Assembly: GCA_040218735.1 (NCBI GenBank)
Contig: JAVJQW010000043.1
Location: 32,001 to 96,000 of the forward strand
Source: Deltaproteobacteria bacterium
Lineage (GTDB): Bacteria; Myxococcota; Kuafuiibacteriia; Kuafuiibacteriales; Kuafuiibacteriaceae
Direction of reading: 5' to 3'
Length of the DNA: 64,000 nt
Shown here: piece after piece, positions 1-9,884 of the stretch
How the letters are laid out: each line of letters begins with the position of its first letter
Numbering within the stretch: position 1 is the stretch's first letter
Made by a program: the position numbers and the translations under genes
The notes under the pieces: model-generated
The model's database searches: none
Told to the model about the DNA's origin: nothing
What the model saw: the letters and a program-made list of their open reading frames with translations, nothing else

Positions 1-627
1 GGACTTGCCGGCCAACTCGAATCGATCGCGCGCGAGAAGGAGTGGCCGGTCGACGTCCTGAGCTGCAGCTCCGCGCTGGAGATCGTCGGCGACGGCGGCC
101 CCGGTCCGCTCGGCGGTCTCGTGGTGAGCGTCGCCGCGTCCGGTCCGTTCCTCACCGACCTCATGCGTTGGACGGAGAGCAGCGTCGCCCAGCGCATCCC
201 GACGCTCCTGATCGGTGCGGGCCGTCCCGAGGACGAAGCCGCGGCGCGCATGGTGCTCGGTCGCGATCACGTGCAGTGGATCGGCGCCGAGCCGACGCCC
301 GTTCAGCTCGCCGAGTGGTTGGTCGTGGCGCTCGAGGTGCACGAGCTTCGTGTCTTCCGGTCGGAGCACGACAGCATCGCGCAGTCGCTCCGCGAAGCGC
401 GGATGCAGCTCTTCCACGGGTTCATCTCGACGTACGCGCCGCCGGAGGGACCGCCGTGCGGTCCGCCGCTCCCGACGACGATCGAAGAGATCCTTCGCCT
501 GCGCGACGCACGCTCGCAGTTCGAGCGCGCGCACATCCAAGCGGCCGTCCGCGAGTGGGGCAGTCTCAAGGACGCGTCGACCGCGCTCGGAATTTCGTAC
601 ACCAGCCTCTGGCGCCGTCTGCGCTGA
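1..627 (+). CDS. Fis-family HTH protein with degenerate receiver-like N-terminus (5' truncated by window)
   Basis: Frame open from base 1; C-terminal FERAHIQAAVREWGSLKDASTALGISYTSLWRRLR is a Fis-type HTH; no AAA+ domain visible. Confidence 0.65.
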   Translation, partial: GLAGQLESIAREKEWPVDVLSCSSALEIVGDGGPGPLGGLVVSVAASGPFLTDLMRWTESSVAQRIPTLLIGAGRPEDEAAARMVLGRDHVQWIGAEPTPVQLAEWLVVALEVHELRVFRSEHDSIAQSLREARMQLFHGFISTYAPPEGPPCGPPLPTTIEEILRLRDARSQFERAHIQAAVREWGSLKDASTALGISYTSLWRRLR

Positions 628-1197
628 TCACGCCTGCGGGATCGACCCGCTCACCAACAACCTCGGATCGATCCCCAGCACGGACAGCGCTGCGTCCCAG
701 CGTCCGTCGTACGGCGTGTCGAAGACGACGCGCTCGTCGAGGTCGACCGGGATCCACGCGCCCTGACGAATCTCTTCGTCGAGCTGCCCCGACCCCCAAC
801 CCGCGTAGCCGAGCACGAGCATGTGCCGGTCGGCGCGGTCGGTCTTCGCGATTGCTTCGAGCAGCTCGCGCGAGGCGCTCACGCGCAGGTGGCTGCTCAC
901 CTCGATCGTGTCGTCGTGCGGGACTGTACTTTGGGATGGGTCGAAGACGATCCAACCCGTGTGCGGCGCGACTGGCCCACCGACCAGGACCGGCATGTCC
1001 GGCGCAGGCTGGCTTTCATTTCCGAGCCCGAGCTCTTCGGCGACGCTGTCGAAAGTGATGTCTGCGGGCCGATTCACGATGAATCCGAGCGAGCCCTCGG
1101 CACGGTGGTCGACGAGGAGCACGACCGTCTGCGCGAAGTTCGGGTCGAGCAGGGACGGCGCAGCGACGAGGAAGCCCGGCGCGAGGTCGGAAGCCAT
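628..1197 (-). CDS. YqgE/AlgH family protein
   Basis: Motifs FLVAAPSLLDPNFAQTV, GFIVNRP, GGPV, LGYAGWGSGQLDEEI. Confidence 0.92.
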   Translation of the reverse strand: MASDLAPGFLVAAPSLLDPNFAQTVVLLVDHRAEGSLGFIVNRPADITFDSVAEELGLGNESQPAPDMPVLVGGPVAPHTGWIVFDPSQSTVPHDDTIEVSSHLRVSASRELLEAIAKTDRADRHMLVLGYAGWGSGQLDEEIRQGAWIPVDLDERVVFDTPYDGRWDAALSVLGIDPRLLVSGSIPQA

Positions 1198-1220
1198 AGC
1201 ATCAATCTGACACAGCGGAA

Positions 1221-2810
1221 GTGATGAGGGCTACTGACTCGCGTCCCGATGCATGCGGCGTTGCACCGATCGGTTCGGCGTTCCATGATGCGGATCGCTT
1301 GGCCGACGAGCTCGAAATCACCTCCCCAGGTGACCCGCAGAAGATCACGGCGGACCTCGTCGCGCCGGTCTTTCCTTGTCTCATCGTCCTCGCGGGCGAC
1401 AGCGCCGGACGCGTCTACGCCGTCGACAAGGGGGCGGTCATTGGACGCGGTCCCGAAGCGACGTTGCGCTTCCCCTACGAGGACGTTTCGCGATCCCACG
1501 CGGCGATCCTCATCGGCGAGGATGGTGAGCTGGAGATCGAGGATCTCCAAAGTCGAAACGGCGTCCGTCTCAACGGTGTACCGGTGCGACGTCAGGCGCT
1601 GCGCTTCGGCGATCGCATCACGATCGGCAACAGTGTCCTGCTGTTGTTCACGCAGCGTGACGGTCTCGAAGAGCAGCTTCTGCGATCACAGCGCCTCGAA
1701 TCGCTCGGTCGCCTCGCGGGCGGGATCGCACACGACTTCAACAACCTCCTGGGGACGGTGCTCACCAACATCTCGTTCCTGAGGGCGCTCGAACCCACGG
1801 CTCAGCTCGGGCAGGAAGACGTCATCGAGACCCTCGTCGACTCGGAGGCGGCGCTGCGGCGCGCGGCGGATCTCACCAGCCAGCTGCTCGGGTTTGCGCG
1901 GCGCGGAAAGTACAACGAGCAGCCGACGGACGTCGCGCAGCTGGTCGAGGACGTCGCGCGGTTGCTGCGTCGGACGTTGGACCGGCCGATGCAGATCATC
2001 CTGGACGTCGAGCCGCACCTCACCGTCCTCGGCGACGCGACCCAGCTCCACCAGGCGTTGATGAACATCTTCATCAACGCGCGGGACTCGATGCCCGACG
2101 GCGGGACGATCAACGTCACCGCGTCGCGGCGCGCGCCGGATCGGTCGACGCTCGTGATGAGTCACGAACACGTCGTCGTCGAGGTCGCGGACGAGGGGAC
2201 GGGGATGGACGACGAGACGGTCCGCCGGGCCTTCGAGCCGTTCTTCACGACCAAGGACGTCGGCAAGGGTACGGGGCTGGGTCTCGCGATGGTGTACGGC
2301 ATCGTCAAGAACCACGGCGGCGACGTGCTCGTGCAGAGCACCGTGGGCGTCGGGACGACGATGCGCATCGTGCTCCCGGCGTCGGACCCGCCGGAGGAGA
2401 TCATCGACGGTCGGCCGACCGCGACGTCGGAGGAGGTCTTCGTCGAGGCGCGGGTGCTGCTCGTCGACGACGAGGATCTGTTTCGTTCCAGTACACGTCG
2501 CCTTTTGGAACACCTCGGCTACGGCGTGGAGGTGGTGTCGAACGGTCCCGCCGCCATCGAGCGGATCCGCGAGGGCGCGGAGGTCGACCTCGTGCTCCTC
2601 GACCTGCAGATGCCGCAGATGAGCGGCGAGGAGACGCTCGAACGTCTGCTGGAGGTCGATCCGTACCTCCCCGTGGTGCTCGTCACGGCCTTCGCGGATG
2701 ACGGGCGCGCGCAGCGGGCGCTGAAGCGCGGCGCGCGGGGTTTGGTGCACAAGCCGTTCGACGTCGAGACGCTCATGCGGGCGATCAAGGCCGCGACCCT
2801 CGGAACCTGA
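1221..2810 (+). CDS. FHA-domain hybrid sensor histidine kinase/response regulator
   Basis: FHA (IGRG, VSRSHA, DLQSRNG); H-box AGGIAHDFNNLL; HATPase NARD, DEGTGM, PFFTTK, GTGLGL; C-terminal receiver LLDLQMP/KPF. Confidence 0.92.
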   Translation: MMRATDSRPDACGVAPIGSAFHDADRLADELEITSPGDPQKITADLVAPVFPCLIVLAGDSAGRVYAVDKGAVIGRGPEATLRFPYEDVSRSHAAILIGEDGELEIEDLQSRNGVRLNGVPVRRQALRFGDRITIGNSVLLLFTQRDGLEEQLLRSQRLESLGRLAGGIAHDFNNLLGTVLTNISFLRALEPTAQLGQEDVIETLVDSEAALRRAADLTSQLLGFARRGKYNEQPTDVAQLVEDVARLLRRTLDRPMQIILDVEPHLTVLGDATQLHQALMNIFINARDSMPDGGTINVTASRRAPDRSTLVMSHEHVVVEVADEGTGMDDETVRRAFEPFFTTKDVGKGTGLGLAMVYGIVKNHGGDVLVQSTVGVGTTMRIVLPASDPPEEIIDGRPTATSEEVFVEARVLLVDDEDLFRSSTRRLLEHLGYGVEVVSNGPAAIERIREGAEVDLVLLDLQMPQMSGEETLERLLEVDPYLPVVLVTAFADDGRAQRALKRGARGLVHKPFDVETLMRAIKAATLGT

Positions 2811-2863
2811 GCGTCGCCTCAAGTTCGCTCAGCGGGGGCCGATCCCACCACCACAGGAGACCC

Positions 2864-3878
2864 GTGGACCAGCGAAAGGACAACTTCGACGTCCTCGTCG
2901 TGGACGACGACGCCGTCACGCGGGCTCAGCTCCGCTTCCTCCTCATCCGCAACGGCTACGAAGTCACGGTGGCTTCGTCCGGTGAAGAAGGATGGGAGAA
3001 GCTGCAGCAGCGCCACTACCCGATCGTCATCACGGACTGGTCGATGCCGGGCATGAACGGCCCGGACCTCTGCAAGCTCGTTCGCGAGAACCTCGACGAC
3101 GAATACCTCTACATGATCCTGCTGACCGGCATGACCGAGAAGCAGCAGGTCGCGGTCGGTCTCGAGGCGGGCGCGGACGACTACATCACGAAGCCGTTCG
3201 ATTCGGGTGAGCTCCTTGCGCGCCTGCGCGTCGGGCGTCGCATCCTCACGCTTCAGCGTTCGATGCGCGAGACGCAAGCCAAGTTGCACGAGATGGCGCA
3301 CCAGGACGGCCTCACGAAGGTGATGAACCGACGCGCGATCGACGAGCAGCTCAACGAAGCCGTCGCGCGACTCGCACGTGCGACGCACCCGTCCACGGTC
3401 GCGTTGCTCGACATCGACTACTTCAAGAAGGTCAACGACACCTACGGCCACCAGGCGGGCGACGCGGTGCTGCAAGAGGTCGCCGGACGCATCAAGTCCA
3501 TCCTCCGCGGCTCCGACAAGATCGGACGCTACGGCGGTGAAGGAGTTCATCGCGGTCCTCGAGGGGGCGCCGGTCCACGACGCTCAGGAGGTCGCCGAGC
3601 GCATCCGCATGGCGGTCCAGGAGCTCCCTGTCGAGCACGGCGGCCAGGAGATCACCGTGACGATCAGCATCGGGCTCTGCGAAGCGCCCGCGGGCTACGT
3701 CGGTCCTGCGGCGCCGATCGTGGAGAAGGCCGACGAGGCGCTCTACGAGGCGAAGCGCGGCGGACGCAACCAGGTGGTGATCGCGGGGGCCCCTCGCGAG
3801 CCTGCGGAGACCGCCGACCCGGTGCACCTCATCACCTCCGCGACGAAGAAGACCGCTACCGCGGATCTCGCGAGCTGA
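2864..3878 (+). pseudogene. Receiver-GGDEF diguanylate cyclase with a +1 frameshift at the GGEEF motif (pseudogene or sequencing error)
   Basis: Receiver plus DIDYFKKVNDTYGH...RGSD..RYGGE in one frame; EFIAVL...ADEALYEAKRGGRN in another; junction ggt gaa g gag ttc at 3536-3548. Confidence 0.85.
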
Positions 3879-5124
3879 GTCGATCCGCGACGGACTTGGC
3901 GACCTGCGCGCTCGGCGTGAGCGGGTGGTTGAGCGCCGCGAGGTAGACGTCCTGCCACGTGCCGCTGAGCGCGGCCCGCACCGTGAGCTCCTCGTACGCC
4001 TTCACGTGTTGGATCAGGCCCCGGATCTCGGCGGGCAGCGGTGCCTGCGGGAGCGGCGTCGCGCCGTTCGCGCGGACGTTGCAGGGGACCTCGACGCAGG
4101 CGCCCGCGGGGAGCTCGCGCACGGTGTCGCCGTTTTGGGTGTCGACGATCAGTCGCGCCGGTTCGTCGAGCGTGATCGCTCGGATAATCTCGAGCGCGGC
4201 GTGTGAGTAGAACGCGCCGCCTCGTTGGGAGAGGAGCTCCGGGCGTTCGTCGTTCTGCGGGTCTGCGTAGTACGCGAGGAGCTCGTCTTCGATCGCCATG
4301 ACCTGCTGCGCGCGGAGCTGCTCCGCGGCGCGCTGCTCGGCGACGGTGTCCGGGTGCAAGTAGTAGTAGCGGAGGTAGTCGGACGGGATCATCCCGAGCG
4401 CGCGGAGCAGCTCGGGGGGGAAGTCGAGGTCGGGGAGGTTCGCCGGTTTGTGTCCGCTGTCGAGGAGCTTGGCGACGTCTTCGAGGAGGTCGCCGAGGCG
4501 CTCTTCGCCGTTCACGCGGACGCCGCGCACGAACGACAGGTGGTTCAGCCCGACGGAGTCGATCTCGACTTCGGCGGGGGAGACGCCGAGGTGCGCGGCG
4601 ATCTCCATGCGCTGCGACAGCGGGATGTTGCAGAGGCCGATGGTCGTGATGTCGGCGTGTTGGAGCAGCGCCTCGGTGACGATCGAGACGGGATTCGTGA
4701 AGTTGATGAGCGTGGCGTTCGGCGCGACGCGCTGGGTGCGGCGGGCGATGTCGAGGAGCACGGGCACGGTGCGGAGCGCTTTGCTGAACCCACCGACGCC
4801 GGTGGTCTCTTGCCCGATCACGCCGTGGTCGAGGCCGAGGCGCTCGTCTTCGAGGCGCGCGGCTTGGCCGCCGACGCGGATCTGCACGACGACGAAGTCG
4901 GCGCCGTCGACGGCCGCTTCGAGGGTGGTGGTGGTGGTGAGCTGCGTACGTTCGGTCTGGCGCGCGACCATGCGCCGGCAGAAGTCACCGACGACGGCGA
5001 GGCGCGGCTCGTCGATGTCGTAGAGGGTGACGGCGTCGAGCGCGAGCGCTTCGGCGCCCTCGGCGAGTCCGTGGAGCAGCTCGGGGGCGTAGGTCGAGCC
5101 TCCTCCGACGACGGCGATCTTCAT
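3856..5124 (-). CDS. Family 4 glycoside hydrolase (6-phospho-beta-glucosidase-like)
   Basis: MKIAVVGGGSTY, QIRVGG, GQETTGVGG, NFTNP, GLCN, GLNHL. Confidence 0.92.
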   Translation of the reverse strand: MKIAVVGGGSTYAPELLHGLAEGAEALALDAVTLYDIDEPRLAVVGDFCRRMVARQTERTQLTTTTTLEAAVDGADFVVVQIRVGGQAARLEDERLGLDHGVIGQETTGVGGFSKALRTVPVLLDIARRTQRVAPNATLINFTNPVSIVTEALLQHADITTIGLCNIPLSQRMEIAAHLGVSPAEVEIDSVGLNHLSFVRGVRVNGEERLGDLLEDVAKLLDSGHKPANLPDLDFPPELLRALGMIPSDYLRYYYLHPDTVAEQRAAEQLRAQQVMAIEDELLAYYADPQNDERPELLSQRGGAFYSHAALEIIRAITLDEPARLIVDTQNGDTVRELPAGACVEVPCNVRANGATPLPQAPLPAEIRGLIQHVKAYEELTVRAALSGTWQDVYLAALNHPLTPSAQVAKSVADRLSSRDPR

Positions 5125-5198
5125 GGCGTCACCGCATAACAGGGGGGTGGGGCGACAGGCCATGGACTTGCCGGGCGATTGAAGCGAAGAACGGGGCC

Positions 5199-6518
5199 GT
5201 GGGGTCGCTCTCGACGGGCGCCGTGTTGCGGTACGCGGTCGGTGGGGTAGGGCAGAGCGTCCTGCCGCTGCTGGTCGGGACGTGGCTCATCGCGTTCTAC
5301 ACGGAGCAAGAGCATGCGTACCTGCTGTCGGCCGGGGTGCTCGGCACGGTGGTGATGGTCGAGCGCATCTTCGGGGCGATCCTGGAGCCGCTGATCGGGT
5401 ACGCGAGTGATCGTACGGCGTCGCGGTTCGGGCGGCGCCGGCCGTGGATCGCGGTGGGGCTGCCGGTGTTGGTGGTCGCGTATTTCATGTTGTGGTCGCC
5501 GCCCGCGGCGGACGGTCTGAACGCGACGTCGACGATCGTGTGGGTCGCGGCGTGTTTCCTCTTCTACAACGCGGCCTACACGGCGGTGTTCGCGCCGTAC
5601 AACGCGTTGCTGCCGGAGCTGCACCGCGCGACGAAGGAGCGGCTGCGGCTGTCTTCGTGGATGGGGATCTTCGAGGTCCTCGGTCAGATCGCGGTGTCGG
5701 TCGGGGGGGCGGCGCTGATCGGCTTGGGGGCGGTCGCGTGGTGGGGGCTGTCGTTCTCTTCCGGCTTCGCGGTGCTGGCGGCGGTCGCGGTGGCGGTGAC
5801 GTTGGTGACGATGTTGCCGGTGGTGCTGTTCACGCGCGAGGTCTCCGCGGAGCCGGCGGCGGCGGAGCTGGGGCTGGTAGCGGCGCTGACGGCGTCCTTC
5901 GCGAACCGGCACTTCGTTCGCTACGCGGTGGGGCTGTTGGGTTTTCGGATCGCGACGAACCTGGTCCTCGCGGGCATCCCGTTCGTGGGGGTGAAGCTGA
6001 TGGGTTTGACGTCGGCCGAGACGAGCTACGTGCCCGCGGTGATCATCGTGGTGGCCGTGTTGGCGTTCCCGGTGGTGCAGCGGCTGGCGAACCGGCACGG
6101 CAAGGCGCGGGTGTTCCGGTGGGGTGGCGTCGGGTTCGTGGGGTTGCTGCCGCTGATGGGTCTGGTGGACCGGCTGGTGCTACCGCCGCTCGCGGTGGGC
6201 GGGGTGTTGTTCGCGTTGAGTGGGTTCTCGGTGGCGACGCTGCTGGTGCTGCCCCGCGCGTTGCTCGCGGACATCGTCGACCACGACGAGACGCGTACGG
6301 GCCTGCGCCGCGAGGCGATCTACACGGGGATGTCGGGCATCTTCGAGAAGCTGGGCATGGCGCTCTCCGCGGGCATCGCGGGGCTGATGCTGGAGCTGTT
6401 CGGCCAGACGTCGGGGAACCTGCTCGGCGTCCGCCTCCTGGGCGTGGCGGGCAGCGTGGTGCTGGCGTTGTCCCTCGCCGTGTTCCGCCGCTACGATCTG
6501 GCGCCCTCCGAGGCCTGA
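5199..6518 (+). CDS. MFS sugar transporter (GPH/MelB-like)
   Basis: Multiple TM helices; SDRTASRFGRRRPWI; ADIVDHDE..TGLRREAIY. Confidence 0.88.
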   Translation: MGSLSTGAVLRYAVGGVGQSVLPLLVGTWLIAFYTEQEHAYLLSAGVLGTVVMVERIFGAILEPLIGYASDRTASRFGRRRPWIAVGLPVLVVAYFMLWSPPAADGLNATSTIVWVAACFLFYNAAYTAVFAPYNALLPELHRATKERLRLSSWMGIFEVLGQIAVSVGGAALIGLGAVAWWGLSFSSGFAVLAAVAVAVTLVTMLPVVLFTREVSAEPAAAELGLVAALTASFANRHFVRYAVGLLGFRIATNLVLAGIPFVGVKLMGLTSAETSYVPAVIIVVAVLAFPVVQRLANRHGKARVFRWGGVGFVGLLPLMGLVDRLVLPPLAVGGVLFALSGFSVATLLVLPRALLADIVDHDETRTGLRREAIYTGMSGIFEKLGMALSAGIAGLMLELFGQTSGNLLGVRLLGVAGSVVLALSLAVFRRYDLAPSEA

Positions 6519-6604
6519 ATCGCGCATTTTGCGGCGATCCGGGGTCTCACGTATTCTCCGGGTGGCGGGGCGCCGATGGGGGGAGAAATCGCACGCGCGG
6601 TGTC

Positions 6605-6630
6605 AGGAGGCGGGGGAGGGCGACGTAGTC
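6605..6630 (+). promoter_or_regulatory. Putative ECF-sigma promoter AGGA-N15-CGTAGTC upstream of CHAT gene 1
   Basis: AGGA 6605-6608, CGTAGTC 6624-6630; same spacing recurs at 30034-30057 (+) and 38662-38687 (-). Confidence 0.55.
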
Positions 6631-6643
6631 CCATCGGGGACTG

Positions 6644-9355
6644 GTGCATCTTCTCCCGACCACGATGACCACCGCGAGCGACGCCCGCGGCGGGGTGCTG
6701 GCGCTCGGCGGCGTGGCCTTCATGCTCATGGCGGTCGCCGCCGCGTACCTGTGGCACGATCGCGGCGAGCCCGAGACGGCGGTCGCCGCCGCGGCGCCCG
6801 AGAAGCCGCTGAAGGTCTACTTCGGCGGCTGCCACGAGGTCCACGAGGGCCCGGTGTGCATGCTCAGCGGCACCGCGACGATCACGCTGTGGATGGAGGA
6901 CCCGGGGTACGAGCCCGTGGTGCTGGTGGATGGGCAAAAGGCTGTGACACGGGGTGCCCCGATCGACGGAGGTGTTCGCGTGCGAGTCGCCGTTTCATCC
7001 TCAGCCCGGCGTCTGACCATCGAACCCGATCGGTGGAACCTTCCCATTGAAAGCGCGCGGCATTTCCCAGCTGTCGACCGAATCCAAGCCGAGCGTATCG
7101 CACGGCCGGCCCACGCGCTCGCACAGGCTGTCCGCGCTAAGGATATCGCCCGTGATTCGCATGAACGCGCGGAACTGGCGTCGATGACCGCTCGGCTCCA
7201 CTACGACCTCAGGAATCGTGAGTGGAAAGACGACATCCTTCAATCCATCGAGCTACATCGCGTCAACGGATGTCTCACTGGAATGGCAAGAGACCTCGCG
7301 TTCGCTAGTCATCGCCTTCGCGATAATGGAGATATCGCGGGATCCCGTGATTCCCTCCGTCTGCTCGACGACGTTGCACGGAAGGCGCCGGAGTACAAAC
7401 TGGCGCATGCGTACTTCGACGCAATGCTCAAGAACCAGACTGGTGACACAAGAGCTGCTCTGGATGCACTCGACCACCTCAATCTGTGGTCCTACCGCCT
7501 TGCTGACCAAACATACCACGAGGCGTCAATATACCTAACCCTATTACTAATGTCCTTTCTTTCGCGTAGTTCGGAGACGCAACTGCTCCTCGAAAGACTC
7601 TCCGCGCAGGTGGCGAACACGCGAGAGCCCTGCGCAAAGGCTCGACTGCTAAATAACTTGGCGTGGTTCGGACGCGGTGTGGATGTCGATCGGAGCGTGC
7701 GTGCGGCGATGGAATCCGCACAAATCTACAGTGCTTCGTGCCCAAACGCCGAAGGCGATGTCCTCCTCCGGCTAACACTCGGGCGCCTCTACCTTCAGAA
7801 GGGTGATGCCGAATCGGTGCAGTCTACTCTGGCCTCGTTGGCGCGTTACTCACGGACCGAAATAAGCGCCCGTAATCAGATCGAGATTGATGACCTACGG
7901 GCGCACCTGGCTGCGCTCAATGGCGACGGAAACAGGGCTCTTCGGCTATTCGACTCAGTACGGCGTCGGACTGGGATTCACTATGAGGCCAAGCTCCATT
8001 GGAGCGCACTAGTTGGTATCGCAGCGGCGTACCTGCGTGACGGTCAAACGAGCCTTGCGGTCGAGACTCTACAGGAGGCAGAACGACTTGTGGATCTTCT
8101 TGTCCTTTCGATCCCACTCGGCGAAGGGAGGACTTCTTTCACAGACGAAATGGGTCGCTCATCAGAGATGCTGGTCGAGGTCCACCTCGACGACGGCGAT
8201 CTAGACGCAGCTATGAGAACCGCTGCAGCTAGTATCCGAAGAGCATCAAGCGCTCTTGCTCTGGCCGCGCGAGTGTCAGCGCTGCCAGCTGACATACGGG
8301 GCAGATTCCGAGATCGACTCGAATCCTACCGTGCGGATCGCCAGCAACTAGCGTCGATTGTTCGTGATGCCTGGAGACTGCCGACGACGCAGCGTCGGCG
8401 AATGGAACACCGCCGCCTGCGACTTGAAGCAAAGTTGACTCGGCATCTTGACGCAATGGTGTCCATGGCTGAGCTTGACTGGAGACAGGACGAACGGCCC
8501 CTTGAAACTACAAGTGGAGAACTCGTTCTCTATCCGACGGCCGATGGCTTTGTAGCGCTACTTCGCCTCTTCGGCGGCCTCGAGTGGACGAAGATATCCG
8601 GTGATCTGGAGACGAACCTGAGAGATTGGCTAGCGCTAAGTCTGAATCTCCGGGGCGGTGAGTTGCATCGACTTTTCGTACTTTCTCACCCAAAGCTGTT
8701 ACAGATACCAGTAGACCGGCTAGTCAGTCAGTTGTCGCCGTCTCCTGTCGTTACTGCCTACTCCGCCGGACTGTTGCAAGCACATCGGCCGAAGAGGCCA
8801 AAGCGAGCTCTTGTTGTCGGTGATCCGGACGGCACGCTGCCGCAATCGCGGTCTGAGATTGAAGTCGTGCGTCGACAATTGACTGCGAAGCGTTGGATGG
8901 TAGACGTGGTAGTAGGTGACGACGCCCGAAGGGAGACGATTCTCGCGAGCCTATCAGATGTGCGTTACGGCCTATTTCACTTCGCAGGACATTCAGCTTC
9001 ACGCGGGGTGTCGGGTTGGGAGAGCTATCTTAGGACGGCCGATTCCGACTCCATCACGGTTGCCGACATCTTTGCGCTCGAGTCGGTTCCCCCGGTTGTT
9101 GTGCTTTCCTCATGCGAAGGTGGCGGCGATGGGTTCTCGCCCGTTGGAATTGCTCAGGCGATGATTGCGCGCGGGGCAGTCGTGGTCATAGCAGCAACGC
9201 GTGATGTTGAGGACGGGTACGCAAGGAAGCTCGCCACCGAGCTGTATCGGCCGGAGGGTGAACTCCGGGTTGATGTCCGATTGGCTGAGCTAGGTTGGAA
9301 TGCACAGAATGTAGAAAACGCTCGTGCCGCTGGGTTTCGAACCTTTGTGAGGTAA
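6644..9355 (+). CDS. Membrane-anchored/exported TPR-CHAT (caspase-like) protease 1
   Basis: N-terminal hydrophobic helix; TPR-like helical middle; CHAT motifs ALVVGDPDGTLP, LFHFAGHS (His), VVLSSCEG (Cys). Confidence 0.88.
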   Translation: MHLLPTTMTTASDARGGVLALGGVAFMLMAVAAAYLWHDRGEPETAVAAAAPEKPLKVYFGGCHEVHEGPVCMLSGTATITLWMEDPGYEPVVLVDGQKAVTRGAPIDGGVRVRVAVSSSARRLTIEPDRWNLPIESARHFPAVDRIQAERIARPAHALAQAVRAKDIARDSHERAELASMTARLHYDLRNREWKDDILQSIELHRVNGCLTGMARDLAFASHRLRDNGDIAGSRDSLRLLDDVARKAPEYKLAHAYFDAMLKNQTGDTRAALDALDHLNLWSYRLADQTYHEASIYLTLLLMSFLSRSSETQLLLERLSAQVANTREPCAKARLLNNLAWFGRGVDVDRSVRAAMESAQIYSASCPNAEGDVLLRLTLGRLYLQKGDAESVQSTLASLARYSRTEISARNQIEIDDLRAHLAALNGDGNRALRLFDSVRRRTGIHYEAKLHWSALVGIAAAYLRDGQTSLAVETLQEAERLVDLLVLSIPLGEGRTSFTDEMGRSSEMLVEVHLDDGDLDAAMRTAAASIRRASSALALAARVSALPADIRGRFRDRLESYRADRQQLASIVRDAWRLPTTQRRRMEHRRLRLEAKLTRHLDAMVSMAELDWRQDERPLETTSGELVLYPTADGFVALLRLFGGLEWTKISGDLETNLRDWLALSLNLRGGELHRLFVLSHPKLLQIPVDRLVSQLSPSPVVTAYSAGLLQAHRPKRPKRALVVGDPDGTLPQSRSEIEVVRRQLTAKRWMVDVVVGDDARRETILASLSDVRYGLFHFAGHSASRGVSGWESYLRTADSDSITVADIFALESVPPVVVLSSCEGGGDGFSPVGIAQAMIARGAVVVIAATRDVEDGYARKLATELYRPEGELRVDVRLAELGWNAQNVENARAAGFRTFVR

Positions 9356-9362
9356 ATTTGAG

Positions 9363-9824
9363 ATGAGATACAAACTTCTGTTCTTGACGATTCTGACGGC
9401 TGCAAATGCTACTGCTTGCATTCCTGTCCATCGCTGCGACTGCTGTGAGAAAGTCGTTGTGAAATGCGCTGACGGGCGCGGGCAGTCTGGCGATGGTGGG
9501 CTCGGTCCCGTTGGGCCTGACGCTCCCTGCCCACCATGCACCCTCTACATCTCGGACACCCAGCTCCAGGGCGTCCTGGATCCCAAGTACTCGAAGCACG
9601 AGTACCCGTTCACCACCGCCACCCTCACGGTGTTCAACGCCGCGGCGAATCCGATCGGGCAGGCGGTCCTTCAACCTGATCACCAGTACGGGGGGACGAA
9701 CATCGACCAGAAGGTCGTGTTCGATACGCCGCTCGACACGAACGACATCAAGTCGGCGTCGATTCGGTGGATCGACAAGAACGGGCAGGCCCTCGAGCAG
9801 CCGAACATCATGCTCAAGCCCTGA
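9363..9824 (+). CDS. Small secreted/lipoprotein with PCPPC domain
   Basis: Signal peptide with ATAC lipobox-like site; paralogous to 9885-10274. Confidence 0.75.
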   Translation: MRYKLLFLTILTAANATACIPVHRCDCCEKVVVKCADGRGQSGDGGLGPVGPDAPCPPCTLYISDTQLQGVLDPKYSKHEYPFTTATLTVFNAAANPIGQAVLQPDHQYGGTNIDQKVVFDTPLDTNDIKSASIRWIDKNGQALEQPNIMLKP

Positions 9825-9849
9825 GTCGCACCTGCCCTCTCGGGCAGTG

Positions 9850-9877
9850 TTGCGCCCCCCCCCCCGCGGCCTAAGCT
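9850..9877 (+). promoter_or_regulatory. Putative sigma70-type promoter with C11 tract in the spacer
   Basis: TTGCGC 9850-9855, 16-nt spacer (C run 9855-9865), TAAGCT 9872-9877, ATG at 9885; preceded by hairpin ctgccc-tctc-gggcag. Confidence 0.45.
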
Positions 9878-9884
9878 CGCCGCC

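Noticed and set aside
6930-9535. Mobile element explaining the low-GC patch
   Set aside because: No transposase, integrase, terminal inverted repeats or target duplication seen
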